A stretch of 64,000 bases of DNA, from positions 1,866,413 through 1,930,412 of the forward strand of contig NZ_OZ244791.1 in NCBI RefSeq assembly GCF_965219815.1. The letters are read 5' to 3'. Position 1 is the first letter of the stretch. Each line of letters starts with the position of its first letter. Below the pieces are notes generated by a model, which saw only the letters and a program-made list of their open reading frames with translations, had not been told where the DNA came from and did no database searches. A program made the translations under genes and the position numbers. Of this stretch, positions 35,757 through 50,599 are shown in pieces. This stretch comes from Candidatus Poriferisocius sp. (GTDB lineage: Bacteria; Actinomycetota; Acidimicrobiia; Acidimicrobiales; Bin134).

Positions 35757-36788
35757 GTGAGCGAGCGGGTGGACACGCTGGGCATGTGGCCGGCGGTCAA
35801 CCGGCTCCCCGAGCAGATGCTGGACGCTCTGGATCGGACCAAAGACCTGCGCGGACTGCCTGACCGCTCGGAGATCGCCAATGTGCTGGTGCTGGGAATG
35901 GGGCCGGGCGGGTTTGCCGGCGACCTGCTGGCTGTAACTGCGGGGCCGTTCATGCCCCTGCCCATCGTGGTGGTCAAGAGCTACCAACCGCCTTCGTATG
36001 TGGACGAGCAGACCCTTGTATTCGCTCTCTCCGCCAGCGGCGACACGCCGGAGATCGTCCAGGCCGCGGCACTGGCCGCGGAGGCGGGCGGTCGGGTTGT
36101 GGCGGTGACCGGGGGCGGCCAACTGGCCCAGATGGCCGGGGCTTGGGGGGCCCCGCTCGTCGAAGTCGATCCAATGCTCTACCCGCCACGGGCCGGGCTG
36201 AGCGTGCTCACCGTGGCCCCCATGATCATCCTCGAGCAGATGGGGCTTTTCCCCGGCGCCTCTCAATGGGTGCGCTTTGCCGTGGACCAGATTCGCAGCC
36301 GCCGGGACGCGGCTCGGGACTCGGCCGCGTCCCGAGCCCGCCACCTCGCCGGCACGGTACCGCTGATCTACGGCGGGGGAGGACTCGGCTCGGTGGCCGC
36401 CCGGCACTGGAAGAACATGATCAACACCAGTGCCAAAGCCCCGGCATTCAGCGCCGGCGTGCCCGACCTGCTGCACAACGAGATCGCCGGGTGGGGCCAG
36501 CACGGAGATCTGACCCGGCAGGTGTTCAGCATGGTGGTTTTGCGCCATGATCACGAGCATCCCGATGTGATGCGGGGCTTCGACATCATGATCGACCTGA
36601 TGGACGAAGTGGTGGGTGCAGTCCATACCGTGGAGGCGGCGGGCGAGGGCCCGGTGGCCCAGATCTTCGATCTGATGTACCAGGGGTCGATCACCGCATT
36701 GGAGATGGCCGCCGCGGTGGGCCTCGATCCCGGCCCGGTGCCGGCCATCGTGGCCGCTCGACAGGCGCTGGCCGGTCGCACCCAATGA
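35757..36788 (+). CDS. SIS-domain bifunctional phosphoglucose/phosphomannose isomerase-like protein
   Basis: 343 aa. SASGDTPE SIS motif, and the conserved actinobacterial manA-neighbourhood context. Confidence 0.7.
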   Translation: MSERVDTLGMWPAVNRLPEQMLDALDRTKDLRGLPDRSEIANVLVLGMGPGGFAGDLLAVTAGPFMPLPIVVVKSYQPPSYVDEQTLVFALSASGDTPEIVQAAALAAEAGGRVVAVTGGGQLAQMAGAWGAPLVEVDPMLYPPRAGLSVLTVAPMIILEQMGLFPGASQWVRFAVDQIRSRRDAARDSAASRARHLAGTVPLIYGGGGLGSVAARHWKNMINTSAKAPAFSAGVPDLLHNEIAGWGQHGDLTRQVFSMVVLRHDHEHPDVMRGFDIMIDLMDEVVGAVHTVEAAGEGPVAQIFDLMYQGSITALEMAAAVGLDPGPVPAIVAARQALAGRTQ

Positions 36789-36864
36789 CGGCTTTGACGG
36801 GGACATTCCATAGATTCAAACGGGAAATCCCGCTAAGAAACCTAGACAGCAAGGGAGGGTCGCG

Positions 36865-38307
<1,443 letters not shown>

Positions 38308-38324
38308 ACAGGCAAACTGGAGCG

Positions 38325-39296
<972 letters not shown>

Positions 39297-39358
39297 CCAC
39301 CGGCCAGGGGCCTGAATGGGCAGGAGAAAGTGTCACTGATGGCTTTTAGGGTGCGGTC

Positions 39359-40033
39359 ATGTTATTTCCATGCACGTGCGCTGGTTGCGGAGGGCCGGGG
39401 CCATCGCCGTGTCGGCGCTGCACGGCCGATATGCGAGCAGTGGGGGAGATGCCCCCGCCCGAACCGCTGGCCGGGCTGTGGGCGGCCTTCGCCTACGTGG
39501 GTGCGGGCCGGGAGCTCTTAGCCCGGCTCAAGTACCGCAACCAGCGGTCTTGCGTGAGGTGGCTGGCGTCAGCCATGGCTCAAGTCTTGCCGCCGGGTCT
39601 GGCGGTCGACTCGGTGACGTGGGCGCCGACGTCTTCCCAGCGACGCCGGCGGCGGGGTTTCGACCAGGCTGAGCTTTTGGCTCGAGCCTTGGGCCGAGAG
39701 ACCGGGCTGTGTGTCGTTCCCCTGCTGAAGCGAGTCGACGCCGCAGGCCAGACCGGTCGAAGCCGCAGCCAGCGCTTTTGCGCCCCTGTCTTTGCTCCCC
39801 ACCGCCCCCCGCCGGCCTCGGTACTGCTGGTAGACGATGTGGTCACCTCCGGGGCCACGCTCCAGGCCGCGGCATCCACTCTGGTTCGGGCCGGTGCCGG
39901 ACGGGTGGACGCCGTAGTGGCTGGAGCCACGCCGCTCCCCTACACGCCGTCTTCCGCACGACTGCCGCCCGGTGTGGTTACCATGGGAACCCACAACTCA
40001 ACCCCAGCCGAAAGGGAGCCGCAATGGACGTGA
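39359..40033 (+). CDS. ComF family protein (phosphoribosyltransferase domain)
   Basis: N-terminal zinc-finger-like CTCAGCGGPGPSPCRRC and a C-terminal PRTase motif VLLVDDVVTSGATL. Confidence 0.75.
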   Translation: MLFPCTCAGCGGPGPSPCRRCTADMRAVGEMPPPEPLAGLWAAFAYVGAGRELLARLKYRNQRSCVRWLASAMAQVLPPGLAVDSVTWAPTSSQRRRRRGFDQAELLARALGRETGLCVVPLLKRVDAAGQTGRSRSQRFCAPVFAPHRPPPASVLLVDDVVTSGATLQAAASTLVRAGAGRVDAVVAGATPLPYTPSSARLPPGVVTMGTHNSTPAEREPQWT

Positions 40034-40356
40034 CCATCAGCAGCAGCGGGATTCAGGTGTCGCAGAGACTGGGGGAGACCACCCGAACGAAGGTGGGCAA
40101 GTTGAGCCGCTACTTATCGGGCATCGATCACGCCACGGTTCGGTTCAGCGAGGAGAAGAACCCCCGCATCGCCGAACCCGACATCTGCGAGGTCACCTTG
40201 GAGGGCCACGGCTATCACATCCGCAGCCGGGTCAACGGTCCCACCCCGTTCGCGGCCTTGGATCGGGCCATCGCCAAGCTGGAGCGCCAGTTGCGCCGCA
40301 CCAAGACCCGCCGGGTGGATCGCCAGCACCACTCCCGGGAACGCCGGGCCAGCTGA
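40024..40356 (+). CDS. hpf: ribosome hibernation promoting factor, short form
   Basis: The ATG at 40024 (MDVTISSSGIQVSQRLGETTRTKVGKL...) lies inside the longer track ORF. 110 aa with the sigma-54-modulation/S30EA fold pattern and a basic tail. Overlaps the comF end by 10 nt. Confidence 0.8.
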   Translation: MDVTISSSGIQVSQRLGETTRTKVGKLSRYLSGIDHATVRFSEEKNPRIAEPDICEVTLEGHGYHIRSRVNGPTPFAALDRAIAKLERQLRRTKTRRVDRQHHSRERRAS

Positions 40357-40472
40357 GTTCCACACCGCCGGCCAGCAGATTTCCGAGGCACCTTCTGAGG
40401 TAGCCCGCCAACACGATTCTGGTTGGCTCCGTTGACTAAATCGCGCCAGCGCGACAGTAGAGTGGGCCTGGA

Positions 40473-43199
<2,727 letters not shown>

Positions 43200-43221
43200 C
43201 TGCTGAACCCCGGGAATCCCC

Positions 43222-44322
43222 GTGCCTGACTTCACCGGCGACCTCGCCCTGCTCCGATCCAAACTGGACGAGGCCCGGCGCTATCTGCATATCGACGATC
43301 TGATCGCCCGCCGCCCCAAGCTGGAGAAGGCCGCTTCTGCCCCCGGCCTGTGGGACGACCCCGACCAGGCCCGCAAGGTGACCAGGGAGCTGTCCGAGTT
43401 GGTGGAGGATTTGGAGCTGTTCGCCGGGTTGGAGGCTGCGTTGGACGACGCCGACACCTTGCATGAGCTGGCCAATGAGGAAGAGGACGAGTCGCAGACC
43501 CCGGAGATCGCCCAAATGCTGGAGTCCCTGTCGGCCAAGGTGGACGACCTGGAGCTGCGGTCGCTCTTGGGCGGTGAGCACGACGACTCCGATGCCGTGT
43601 GCGAGCTTCACAGCGGCGCGGGGGGCACCGATGCGCAGGACTGGGCCGAGATGCTGTTGGGCATGTACCAGGGATGGGCTGAGCGCCGCGGTTTCGAGTT
43701 CAAGGTGGACTCCGTGTCAGAGGGTCAGGGCGCGGGCATCTCCTCGGCTGACTTCACCATCTCCGGACGCAACGCCTACGGCCTGCTCCAGTCGGAGCGG
43801 GGGGTGCACCGGCTGGTGCGGATCTCGCCATTCGACTCGGACGCCCGCCGCCACACCGCATTCGCCCAGTTCAAGGTGGTCCCGTTCTTCGATGAGGTCT
43901 CCGACGAGGTGGAGATCGAGGACAAGGACCTGCGGATCGACACCTTCCGGTCGTCGGGAGCGGGTGGCCAGCACGTGAACGTGACCGACTCGGCAGTGCG
44001 CATCACCCACTTGCCCACCGGCGTGGTGGTGTCGTGCCAGAACGAGCGCAGCCAGCACCAGAACAAAGACCGGGCCATGCAGATCCTGGCCGCCCGCCTG
44101 GCCGACCTGAAGCGGGCCGAGCGGGAGGCCGAGATCGCCGGGCTGGCCGGCGACTACCAGAAGGCCGAATGGGGCAGCCAGATCCGCTCGTACGTGCTGC
44201 ACCCTTACCAGCAGGTCAAGGACGATCGCACCGGCGTGACCATCGGCAACGTAGAAGCAGTGCTGGCCGGCGACCTCGACGAGATGATCGAGGCCTACCT
44301 GCGGTGGAGGCGGATGTCCTGA
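43222..44322 (+). CDS. prfB: peptide chain release factor 2
   Basis: 366 aa in a single frame from a GTG start. SPF tripeptide (RISPFDS) and GGQ (SGAGGQHVN). No programmed +1 frameshift site is visible. Confidence 0.95.
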   Translation: MPDFTGDLALLRSKLDEARRYLHIDDLIARRPKLEKAASAPGLWDDPDQARKVTRELSELVEDLELFAGLEAALDDADTLHELANEEEDESQTPEIAQMLESLSAKVDDLELRSLLGGEHDDSDAVCELHSGAGGTDAQDWAEMLLGMYQGWAERRGFEFKVDSVSEGQGAGISSADFTISGRNAYGLLQSERGVHRLVRISPFDSDARRHTAFAQFKVVPFFDEVSDEVEIEDKDLRIDTFRSSGAGGQHVNVTDSAVRITHLPTGVVVSCQNERSQHQNKDRAMQILAARLADLKRAEREAEIAGLAGDYQKAEWGSQIRSYVLHPYQQVKDDRTGVTIGNVEAVLAGDLDEMIEAYLRWRRMS

Positions 44323-44458
44323 GTTTTGCCGGGTTCGCCGCAGGATTTGGGGGGAAGGGTGCGCGTTCAATACCTGGAGCCGGTGGTAGCGTTGGTCGAG
44401 CTTTCCAGGCCGCCGAAGGGGGGTGCGAGCCCGGTTCGCAGTTCGGAGTTCACATCGC

Positions 44459-45136
44459 ATGATCAGAATGGAGAACGTCACCAAGGTGTACAAGGGCGAG
44501 GTGCTCGCCCTTCAGAACGCCTCCTGTGAAGTGCAGCGGGGGGAGTTCATCTTCTTGGTGGGCCCGTCGGGCTCGGGCAAGTCCACGTTCATGCGCCTGC
44601 TCAACAAAGAGGAGAAGCCCGACCGGGGCCGGGTGTTCGTCGCCGGGCGGGACATCGGCAAGCTGCCTAGTTGGAAGGTGCCCTTTTTGCGCCGCAACAT
44701 CGGCTGCGTCTTCCAAGACTTCAAGCTTCTGCCCAACAAGACCGTGGTCCAGAACGTGGCCTTCGCGCTGGAAGTGATCGGCAGCCCCCGCAGCGTGATC
44801 AAGTCCAAGGTGCCGGCCATCTTGGAGCTGGTGGGCCTGTCCAAGAAGATGCACAACTTTCCCGACGAGCTGTCGGGAGGGGAGCAGCAGCGGGTGTCCA
44901 TCGCCCGGGCCTTTGTCAACCGGCCGCTGATCCTGTTGGCCGATGAGCCCACCGGAAACCTCGATCCGAACACCTCGCTGGGCATCATGACGCTGCTGGA
45001 CCGCATCAATCGCACCGGCACCACGGTGGTGATGGCCACCCACGACCGCAGCATTGTCGACAAGATGCGCCGCCGGGTTGTGGAGTTGGACCGGGGCCAG
45101 ATCGTCCGGGATCAGTCCCGGGGCGTGTACGAATAG
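44459..45136 (+). CDS. ftsE: cell division ATP-binding protein FtsE
   Basis: I chose the ATG at 44459 ([14 protein letters not shown]). Walker [10 protein letters not shown], signature [14 protein letters not shown], Walker [12 protein letters not shown]. Confidence 0.93.
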   Translation: MIRMENVTKVYKGEVLALQNASCEVQRGEFIFLVGPSGSGKSTFMRLLNKEEKPDRGRVFVAGRDIGKLPSWKVPFLRRNIGCVFQDFKLLPNKTVVQNVAFALEVIGSPRSVIKSKVPAILELVGLSKKMHNFPDELSGGEQQRVSIARAFVNRPLILLADEPTGNLDPNTSLGIMTLLDRINRTGTTVVMATHDRSIVDKMRRRVVELDRGQIVRDQSRGVYE

Positions 45137-45189
45137 CCGATGGGCTTTCGCGAGCTCGGTGAGGCCAGTCGCTTGGCGGGCGCGAGCTG

Positions 45190-46083
45190 ATGAGCCTCAA
45201 GTTGGACTATGTCCTGCGGGAGACGGCCAGCAACTTCCGCCGCAACATCACCCTCACACTGGCCACCATCATCACCGTCACCATCTCGCTGACGCTGCTG
45301 GGTGCGGCGCTGCTGTTCGGCGACGCCGTAGACAACGCCACTGTCCGCTGGAAGGACGGTGTGGAGTTCATCGTCTTCACCGACCCCGAGATCAGCCCGG
45401 AGTTGGAGGCCGACATCCGCCGCCAACTCGAGGGTTCGCCTGAGGTCAGCGGGTTCACCTATATCGACAAGGACGAGGCCTACGCCGAAGTGCAGGACCT
45501 CTTGGGCGATTCGCCTGAGCTTGTAGAGGTGATCACGCCGGAGCGGCTGCCGGCTTCGTTCCGGGTCAAGCCCACCGACACCCTGCCGGAGCGGGTTGAC
45601 GAGCTGGCCGCGGCATTCCGCGCCCAGCCCGGAGTGGCCAGAGTGGTCACCGCCAGCGAGACGATCCGGGCCATCGAAGACTTGTCCAGCGGGTTGCGCC
45701 AGAGGGTGATCATCATCGCCATCATCCTGTTGGTGGCCGCTGCCGTGCTGATCTTGAACACGATCCGCATGGCGCTGTTCTCCCGTAGACGGGATATCGA
45801 GGTGATGAAGCTGGTCGGCGCCACCAACTGGTTCATCCGGGTGCCGTTCATGTTCGAGGGACTCGTCCAAGGCCTCGTCGGCGGGGTGATTGCCATTCCG
45901 CTCATCTGGCTCACCAACAACTTCTTCAGCGTGATCAACGACGACGTCACCCTGGAGCTGCTGCGGGGCTTCACCGTCGATCCCTCCCGGGTCTGGACGC
46001 TGGGCTTCCAGATGGTGGGGTTGGGCGCCATCGTGGGCACGGTGGGCTCAGGCATCGCAGTCACCCGCTTCCTGGACACCTGA
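45190..46083 (+). CDS. ftsX: cell division permease-like protein FtsX
   Basis: 297 aa. N-terminal TM segment, a periplasmic domain, then three C-terminal TM segments. Follows ftsE. Confidence 0.9.
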   Translation: MSLKLDYVLRETASNFRRNITLTLATIITVTISLTLLGAALLFGDAVDNATVRWKDGVEFIVFTDPEISPELEADIRRQLEGSPEVSGFTYIDKDEAYAEVQDLLGDSPELVEVITPERLPASFRVKPTDTLPERVDELAAAFRAQPGVARVVTASETIRAIEDLSSGLRQRVIIIAIILLVAAAVLILNTIRMALFSRRRDIEVMKLVGATNWFIRVPFMFEGLVQGLVGGVIAIPLIWLTNNFFSVINDDVTLELLRGFTVDPSRVWTLGFQMVGLGAIVGTVGSGIAVTRFLDT

Positions 46084-46126
46084 GCGGCTGCCCTCGCCAC
46101 CTTTGCGCTTCCTGGACACCTGAGCG
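46066..46126 (+). repeat. exact 21-bp direct repeat CGCTTCCTGGACACCTGAGCG (46066-46086 and 46106-46126) duplicating the ftsX 3' end including its stop codon
   Basis: Read directly. The copies are 40 bp apart, start to start. Confidence 0.95.
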
Positions 46127-46208
46127 ACAGCGTTTTCTCAGCGCGTAGTAGGTTCGCGGCAGATGGCCTCGGCGGCAGTGGCCGGTGGCCGGGCGAAAGG
46201 AGCAGCAG

Positions 46209-47291
46209 ATGGCCCAGCAGGTTCGAGCCGTTATCGCCAAGGCCAAAGGCGAGCCGGTCAGCATCGAGACCATCGAGGTGCCCGATCCCGGCCCGGGCGA
46301 GGCCCTGGTGGCCGTGCAGGCCTGCGGTGTGTGCCACACCGATCTGCACTATCGGGAAGGGGCCATCAACGACGAGTTTCCGTTTCTGTTAGGCCATGAG
46401 GCAGCCGGAGTAGTGGAGGCAGTGGGCAGCGACGTAACCGGCGTGGCCCCGGGCGACTTCGTGATCCTGAACTGGCGGGCAGTGTGCGGCAACTGCCGGG
46501 CATGCCTGCGGGGCCGTCCGTGGTACTGCTTCGCCACCCACAACGCAACCCAGAAGATGACGCTGGACGGCCAGGAGCTGTCACCGGCGCTGGGCATCGG
46601 AGCCTTCGCCGAGAAGACGCTGGTTGCGGCGGGCCAAGCCACCAAGGTCAACCCCGAGGCCAGTCCCGAGGTGGCTGGTCTGATCGGCTGCGGAGTCATG
46701 GCCGGGCTGGGGGCGGCCATGAACACCGGCGGAGTCGGCCGGGGCGACTCGGTGGCCGTTTTCGGCTGCGGCGGGGTCGGAGATGCCGCCATCGAGGGAT
46801 CCCGCCTCGCCGGAGCGCACACCATCATCGGGGTGGACATCGACGACACCAAACTGGAGTGGGCGAAGGAGTTCGGCGCCACCCACACCGTCAACTCCAC
46901 CCGGGAGGATCCGGTGGAGCGGATCAGGGAACTGACTGGGGGCCACGGCGTGGACGTGGCCATCGAGGCCATCGGCTTGCCCCAGACCTACGAGCAGGCC
47001 TTCTACGCCCGGGATCTGGCCGGGGTGGTGGTGCTGGTGGGGGTGCCCAATCCGGAGATGAAGATCGAGCTGCCCATGATCGAGATATTTGGACGAGGGG
47101 GTGTCCTCAAGTCGTCGTGGTACGGCGACTGCCTGCCGTCGCGGGACTTTCCCATGCTGATCGATCTCTATCTCCAGGGACGGCTGAACCTGGAGCGGTT
47201 CGTGTCGGAGACCATCTCGCTGGAGGACGTTGAGGAGGCGTTTCACGCCATGGAGCGGGGAGAGGTGCTCCGGTCGGTGGTAGTGGTCTGA
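46209..47291 (+). CDS. class III zinc alcohol dehydrogenase (S-(hydroxymethyl)mycothiol/glutathione dehydrogenase-like)
   Basis: I chose the ATG at 46209 ([16 protein letters not shown]). Motifs [18 protein letters not shown] and [10 protein letters not shown]. Confidence 0.85.
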   Translation: MAQQVRAVIAKAKGEPVSIETIEVPDPGPGEALVAVQACGVCHTDLHYREGAINDEFPFLLGHEAAGVVEAVGSDVTGVAPGDFVILNWRAVCGNCRACLRGRPWYCFATHNATQKMTLDGQELSPALGIGAFAEKTLVAAGQATKVNPEASPEVAGLIGCGVMAGLGAAMNTGGVGRGDSVAVFGCGGVGDAAIEGSRLAGAHTIIGVDIDDTKLEWAKEFGATHTVNSTREDPVERIRELTGGHGVDVAIEAIGLPQTYEQAFYARDLAGVVVLVGVPNPEMKIELPMIEIFGRGGVLKSSWYGDCLPSRDFPMLIDLYLQGRLNLERFVSETISLEDVEEAFHAMERGEVLRSVVVV

Positions 47292-47298
47292 GGCCTTT

Positions 47299-47314
47299 CG
47301 CGCCGTGTGGCGCG
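47299..47314 (+). terminator. short GC hairpin (CGCGCC-GTGT-GGCGCG) 8 nt after the ADH stop
   Basis: 6-bp perfect stem with a 4-nt loop. There is no clear U-tract, so this is a weak terminator call. Confidence 0.3.
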
Positions 47315-47391
47315 GAATTGTGCATTGACCCCGGGGAGGGTCGGTCGCTACCCTTTTCTGTTGCGGGTGGGGCTAATGGGGCCAATGAGGC

Positions 47392-47865
47392 TTGAGTAGG
47401 CCGTCGTGTCTGCTCTTGACGGAGGCACCCGATATGCCTGAACTAAACCTGACGACGGTCGTTACCTCGATCATCGTCGTACTGCTGCTGGCACTGCCGT
47501 TCGTTGCCGCCCGGCTACCGCATTCCCGCCGGACTGTGTCTGGCGACCTCGAGTCGTACAGTCCTGCGACCCGTGATCTTGAGAGGTCAGGTCCCGGTCC
47601 GGGATTCACCTACGCTCTGGTGCCCCCTGGGGGCCATCCTGAAGAAGAGGATGGCGGTGAGAAGGGCTCGTGGCAGTGGTGCTTGGCCTTCATACCCGAG
47701 GAGACATCCGAGGGCGGCTCTGAGTTGCCGCCCTGGTGGGCGCCGGCACCCCCATGGAGTGCAGCTGCCGAGCACGACGGCGATTTCACCCGCGACGCTG
47801 ATGTCCTGCAAGCGGTGTTCGACGAGACCAGTGCCTATCCCGCAGCGAGGTCTAGCGGCGTCTAG
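47392..47865 (+). CDS. hypothetical membrane protein
   Basis: 157 aa (or from the ATG at 47434). One TM helix (VVTSIIVVLLLALPFVAA), then an acidic/Trp-rich tail. No family recognised. Confidence 0.4.
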   Translation: MSRPSCLLLTEAPDMPELNLTTVVTSIIVVLLLALPFVAARLPHSRRTVSGDLESYSPATRDLERSGPGPGFTYALVPPGGHPEEEDGGEKGSWQWCLAFIPEETSEGGSELPPWWAPAPPWSAAAEHDGDFTRDADVLQAVFDETSAYPAARSSGV

Positions 47866-47904
47866 GGCGTTCCCTGCCCCTGAGATGGGGCAGTTGGAGC
47901 ATCA

Positions 47905-48552
47905 TTGGGTATGGCCGAAGATCGGCACCGAGATCGGCGGCTGGCCATGGTGCGTCGCCAGATCGAAGGCCGCGGGGTACGCGACCCCCGGGTTCTGGCC
48001 GCCATGAGGTCGGTGCCCCGCCATCGGTTCGTGTCCCGAACGCTGGTGGGCGATGCCTACAAGGACCACCCGTTGCCCATCTCGGCGGGCCAGACCATCT
48101 CGCAGCCCTACATCGTCGCCCTGATGGCCGAGGCTGCGGCTATTGAGCCGGAACACCGGGTGCTGGAAGTGGGAACCGGCTCGGGCTACGGGGCTGCGGT
48201 GCTGGCCGAGCTGGGCGCCTCGGTAGTCACGGTGGAGCGCCACCGGAAGCTGGCCGACGCCGCGACCAAGGTCTTGGGCAACCTGGGGTATGCCAACGCC
48301 ACGGTGGTGTGCGGAGACGGGTCGCAGGGCCATCCACCGGGTGCCCCCTATGACGCTGTGGTGGTCACCGCAGCAGCCTCCATCATCCCCTCGCCGCTTG
48401 TAGACCAGCTGGCCGACGGCGGACGGCTGGTTATTCCCGTGGGTCCGCCGTCGTTCTCCCAGAACCTGACCCTCGTCACCCGAGCAGGGGACGAGACCAC
48501 CTCCAAGCGGTTCTGCCCCGTGAGATTCGTTCCCCTCGTCGAAGAGCCCTGA
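47905..48552 (+). CDS. pcm: protein-L-isoaspartate O-methyltransferase
   Basis: 215 aa. VPRHRFV, ISQPYIVALM, VLEVGTGSGY and the C-terminal RFVPLV. Confidence 0.9.
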   Translation: MGMAEDRHRDRRLAMVRRQIEGRGVRDPRVLAAMRSVPRHRFVSRTLVGDAYKDHPLPISAGQTISQPYIVALMAEAAAIEPEHRVLEVGTGSGYGAAVLAELGASVVTVERHRKLADAATKVLGNLGYANATVVCGDGSQGHPPGAPYDAVVVTAAASIIPSPLVDQLADGGRLVIPVGPPSFSQNLTLVTRAGDETTSKRFCPVRFVPLVEEP

Positions 48553-48563
48553 GCGGGTCTCGC

Positions 48564-49088
48564 TCAGCCCCCTTCCCCCAGCGGCCAATGGCTCAGCTTG
48601 GTGTAGCGGGCGCCATCGGAGTGGAGCTGGCTGGACACCAGCCAAAGTTCTGCGGCTTTGAATTGGGCGTCGAAAGGCTGGCTGACCACAGCACCGTGCA
48701 ATCGCCTTCGGGTCCGAGCCAACGTGAGGTGTCCGGTGAATTTCCGGCGGTCGGGTGCTTGTCCAATGGTCTCAGTCCTAGCTCTCACCTCGACGGCCAA
48801 CTCGTCTAGCCCATCTGCGGGCAGCGCCAGCACCCGCCCCCCCAGCCACCGGCTAGCCGGTCCGAGCAGCACGGTGGGCGCCGCCCCCCGAAATTCCCGC
48901 AAGCTGTCCTCCACATCGCCTTGCTCCGCCTCCCCGAAAAACCTCAGCGTGATGTGCCACTGCTCCCGGTTCGTCCACCGCAACCCCTCCACCTCCGGCC
49001 GCTCCAACTCGCCCAGCTGCTCAACGACATCCACCGGCGGAAATACAGCCAAGAACAACCGGGCCACCTTGAAATCATCGCAGGTCAT
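48564..49088 (-). CDS. thpR: RNA 2',3'-cyclic phosphodiesterase (2H phosphoesterase, ThpR/LigT)
   Basis: 174 aa with the two HxTx motifs HITLRF and HLTLAR. Confidence 0.85.
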   Translation of the reverse strand: MTCDDFKVARLFLAVFPPVDVVEQLGELERPEVEGLRWTNREQWHITLRFFGEAEQGDVEDSLREFRGAAPTVLLGPASRWLGGRVLALPADGLDELAVEVRARTETIGQAPDRRKFTGHLTLARTRRRLHGAVVSQPFDAQFKAAELWLVSSQLHSDGARYTKLSHWPLGEGG

Positions 49089-49147
49089 GAGCCGTATCCG
49101 ATTCCAGAGGCGAACTGCCTAGACCCCGGGCCGGGTAGGGTGAGCGG

Positions 49148-49564
49148 GTGCTGCGGTTGAGCGGGGGGGTTTATTCGGAGGTCATCGCCCATGCGTTGGC
49201 GGGGCTGCCCAATGAGGCTTGTGGACTCTTGGCGGCTCCGGCGGGGGGAGAGGTGGCCAATCGGTTCTTTCCGGTGCGCAATGCGGCGGAGTCGAGCCAG
49301 ATCTATCGGCTGGATGATGCCGAATATCTCCAGGTGGAGCGGACCGCCGATGACGAGGGGCTGACGCTGGTGGCGGTGATGCACTCTCACACCCACACCA
49401 CCGCCTATCCGTCGCCTACTGATGTGCGCGATGCCTCGGCCTTCGACCCCTTTGGAGCACTGCTCTATGTGATCGTGTCATTGAAGGATCCCGAACCCGC
49501 GCTGCGCTGCTACCGGATCGTCGACGGTGCCATTTCCGAGGAACCGGTAGCCGTCGAGGGGTAG
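49148..49564 (+). CDS. mec: Mov34/MPN/JAMM metalloprotease (Mec-like, CysO-cysteine peptidase type)
   Basis: 138 aa. EACGLL and the JAMM motif HSHTHTTAYPSPTD. Sits directly upstream of a cysteine synthase gene. Confidence 0.75.
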   Translation: MLRLSGGVYSEVIAHALAGLPNEACGLLAAPAGGEVANRFFPVRNAAESSQIYRLDDAEYLQVERTADDEGLTLVAVMHSHTHTTAYPSPTDVRDASAFDPFGALLYVIVSLKDPEPALRCYRIVDGAISEEPVAVEG

Positions 49565-49586
49565 GCATCCGGGTAATCTGAGGCCC

Positions 49587-50537
49587 GTGGCCGCGCACAA
49601 ATCGGTGATCGATCTGATCGGGAACACCCCCATGGTCGACGTCAGTGTGCTGTCGCCAAACCCATCGGTGGCCATCCACGTCAAGCTTGAGGGTGTAAAC
49701 CCGGCCGGGTCGGTCAAAGACCGGGTGGCGCGCGAGATGATCCTCGAGGCCGAGGCCGACGGCACGCTGGAACCGGGCCGCACCATCATTGAGCCGTCGT
49801 CGGGGAACACCGGGATCGCCCTGGCCATGATCGCCCGGCTCCGGGGCTATCCCATCAAAATCGTCATGCCCGAGAACGTCTCGGCCGAGCGCCGTCAGTT
49901 GCTGGAGGTGTTCGGGGCCGAGATCATCTGGTCGCCGGGGACCGAGGGGTCCAACGGGGCCGTCCGCATGGCCCAGAGGCTGGCCGATGACAACCCGGAT
50001 TGGGCGTTCCTCTACCAGTACGGCAACGAGGCCAACCCCCGGGCCCACTACAACACCACCGGGCCGGAGATCTACGCCGACTGCCCCGAGATCACCCACT
50101 TCGTGTCGGGACTGGGCACCAGCGGCACATTGATGGGGGTGGGTGCCTATCTCAAGGAGCGCAAACCCTCGGTGCAGGTGCTGGCGGTGGAGCCCCCCGC
50201 GGGGGAGATGGTGGACGGCCTGCGCAGCTTGGACGACGGGTTCATCCCCCCGGTCTATGAGAAATGGGGCGGCGACCAGCTCTTGGACGGCAAGCGCATA
50301 GTGAGACCCCGGGAGTCGATCGAGTGGACCCGTCGGCTGGCTGAGGAGGCCGGCATCTTCGCCGGGATCTCCACCGGTGCCGCACTGGCCGGGGCCGCCC
50401 GAGTGGCCGAGCGGACTGACGAGGGCGCGGTGGTGGTGGTTTCGGCCGACGGCGGCTGGAAGTACCTGTCCACCGGGGCATGGACCGACCCGATCGACCA
50501 GGTGACCGCTCGGGCCGAGTCGATCATCTACTTCTGA
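49587..50537 (+). CDS. cysM: PLP-dependent cysteine synthase (CysM/CysK family)
   Basis: 316 aa. PLP-lysine motif NPAGSVKDR, SSGNTGIALA and GTSGTLMGVG. CysM is inferred from the mec neighbour. Confidence 0.8.
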   Translation: MAAHKSVIDLIGNTPMVDVSVLSPNPSVAIHVKLEGVNPAGSVKDRVAREMILEAEADGTLEPGRTIIEPSSGNTGIALAMIARLRGYPIKIVMPENVSAERRQLLEVFGAEIIWSPGTEGSNGAVRMAQRLADDNPDWAFLYQYGNEANPRAHYNTTGPEIYADCPEITHFVSGLGTSGTLMGVGAYLKERKPSVQVLAVEPPAGEMVDGLRSLDDGFIPPVYEKWGGDQLLDGKRIVRPRESIEWTRRLAEEAGIFAGISTGAALAGAARVAERTDEGAVVVVSADGGWKYLSTGAWTDPIDQVTARAESIIYF

Positions 50538-50540
50538 ACT

Positions 50541-50575
50541 CCAAGTGAAAAAATCCCCACTTGGACGGGTTTTGT
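50541..50575 (+). terminator. candidate intrinsic terminator of cysM (CCAAGTG-10 nt loop-CACTTGG, then ACGGGTTTTGTGG)
   Basis: 7-bp perfect stem starting 4 nt after the stop, followed by a short T-run. Confidence 0.45.
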
Positions 50576-50599
50576 GGTCCTTGATGTGCTATAAGCACC

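Noticed and set aside
36789-36864. SAH riboswitch upstream of ahcY.
   Set aside because: The spacer is only 76 nt, is relatively AT-rich, and shows none of the conserved G+C-rich pseudoknot elements I associate with SAH riboswitches. Nothing supports a riboswitch call.
40432-40472. secA promoter guess: TTGACT (40432-40437) and TAGAGT (40458-40463), which would give a nearly leaderless secA mRNA.
   Set aside because: The spacer is 20 nt, longer than the 16-18 nt optimum. I have no independent support, so I noted it but did not list it as a feature.
43222-43330. Programmed +1 frameshift site in prfB.
   Set aside because: The RF2 sequence is continuous in one frame from the GTG at 43222 through the conserved N-terminal helices. 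No in-frame TGA with a CTTTGAC-type shifty context is present near codon 25.
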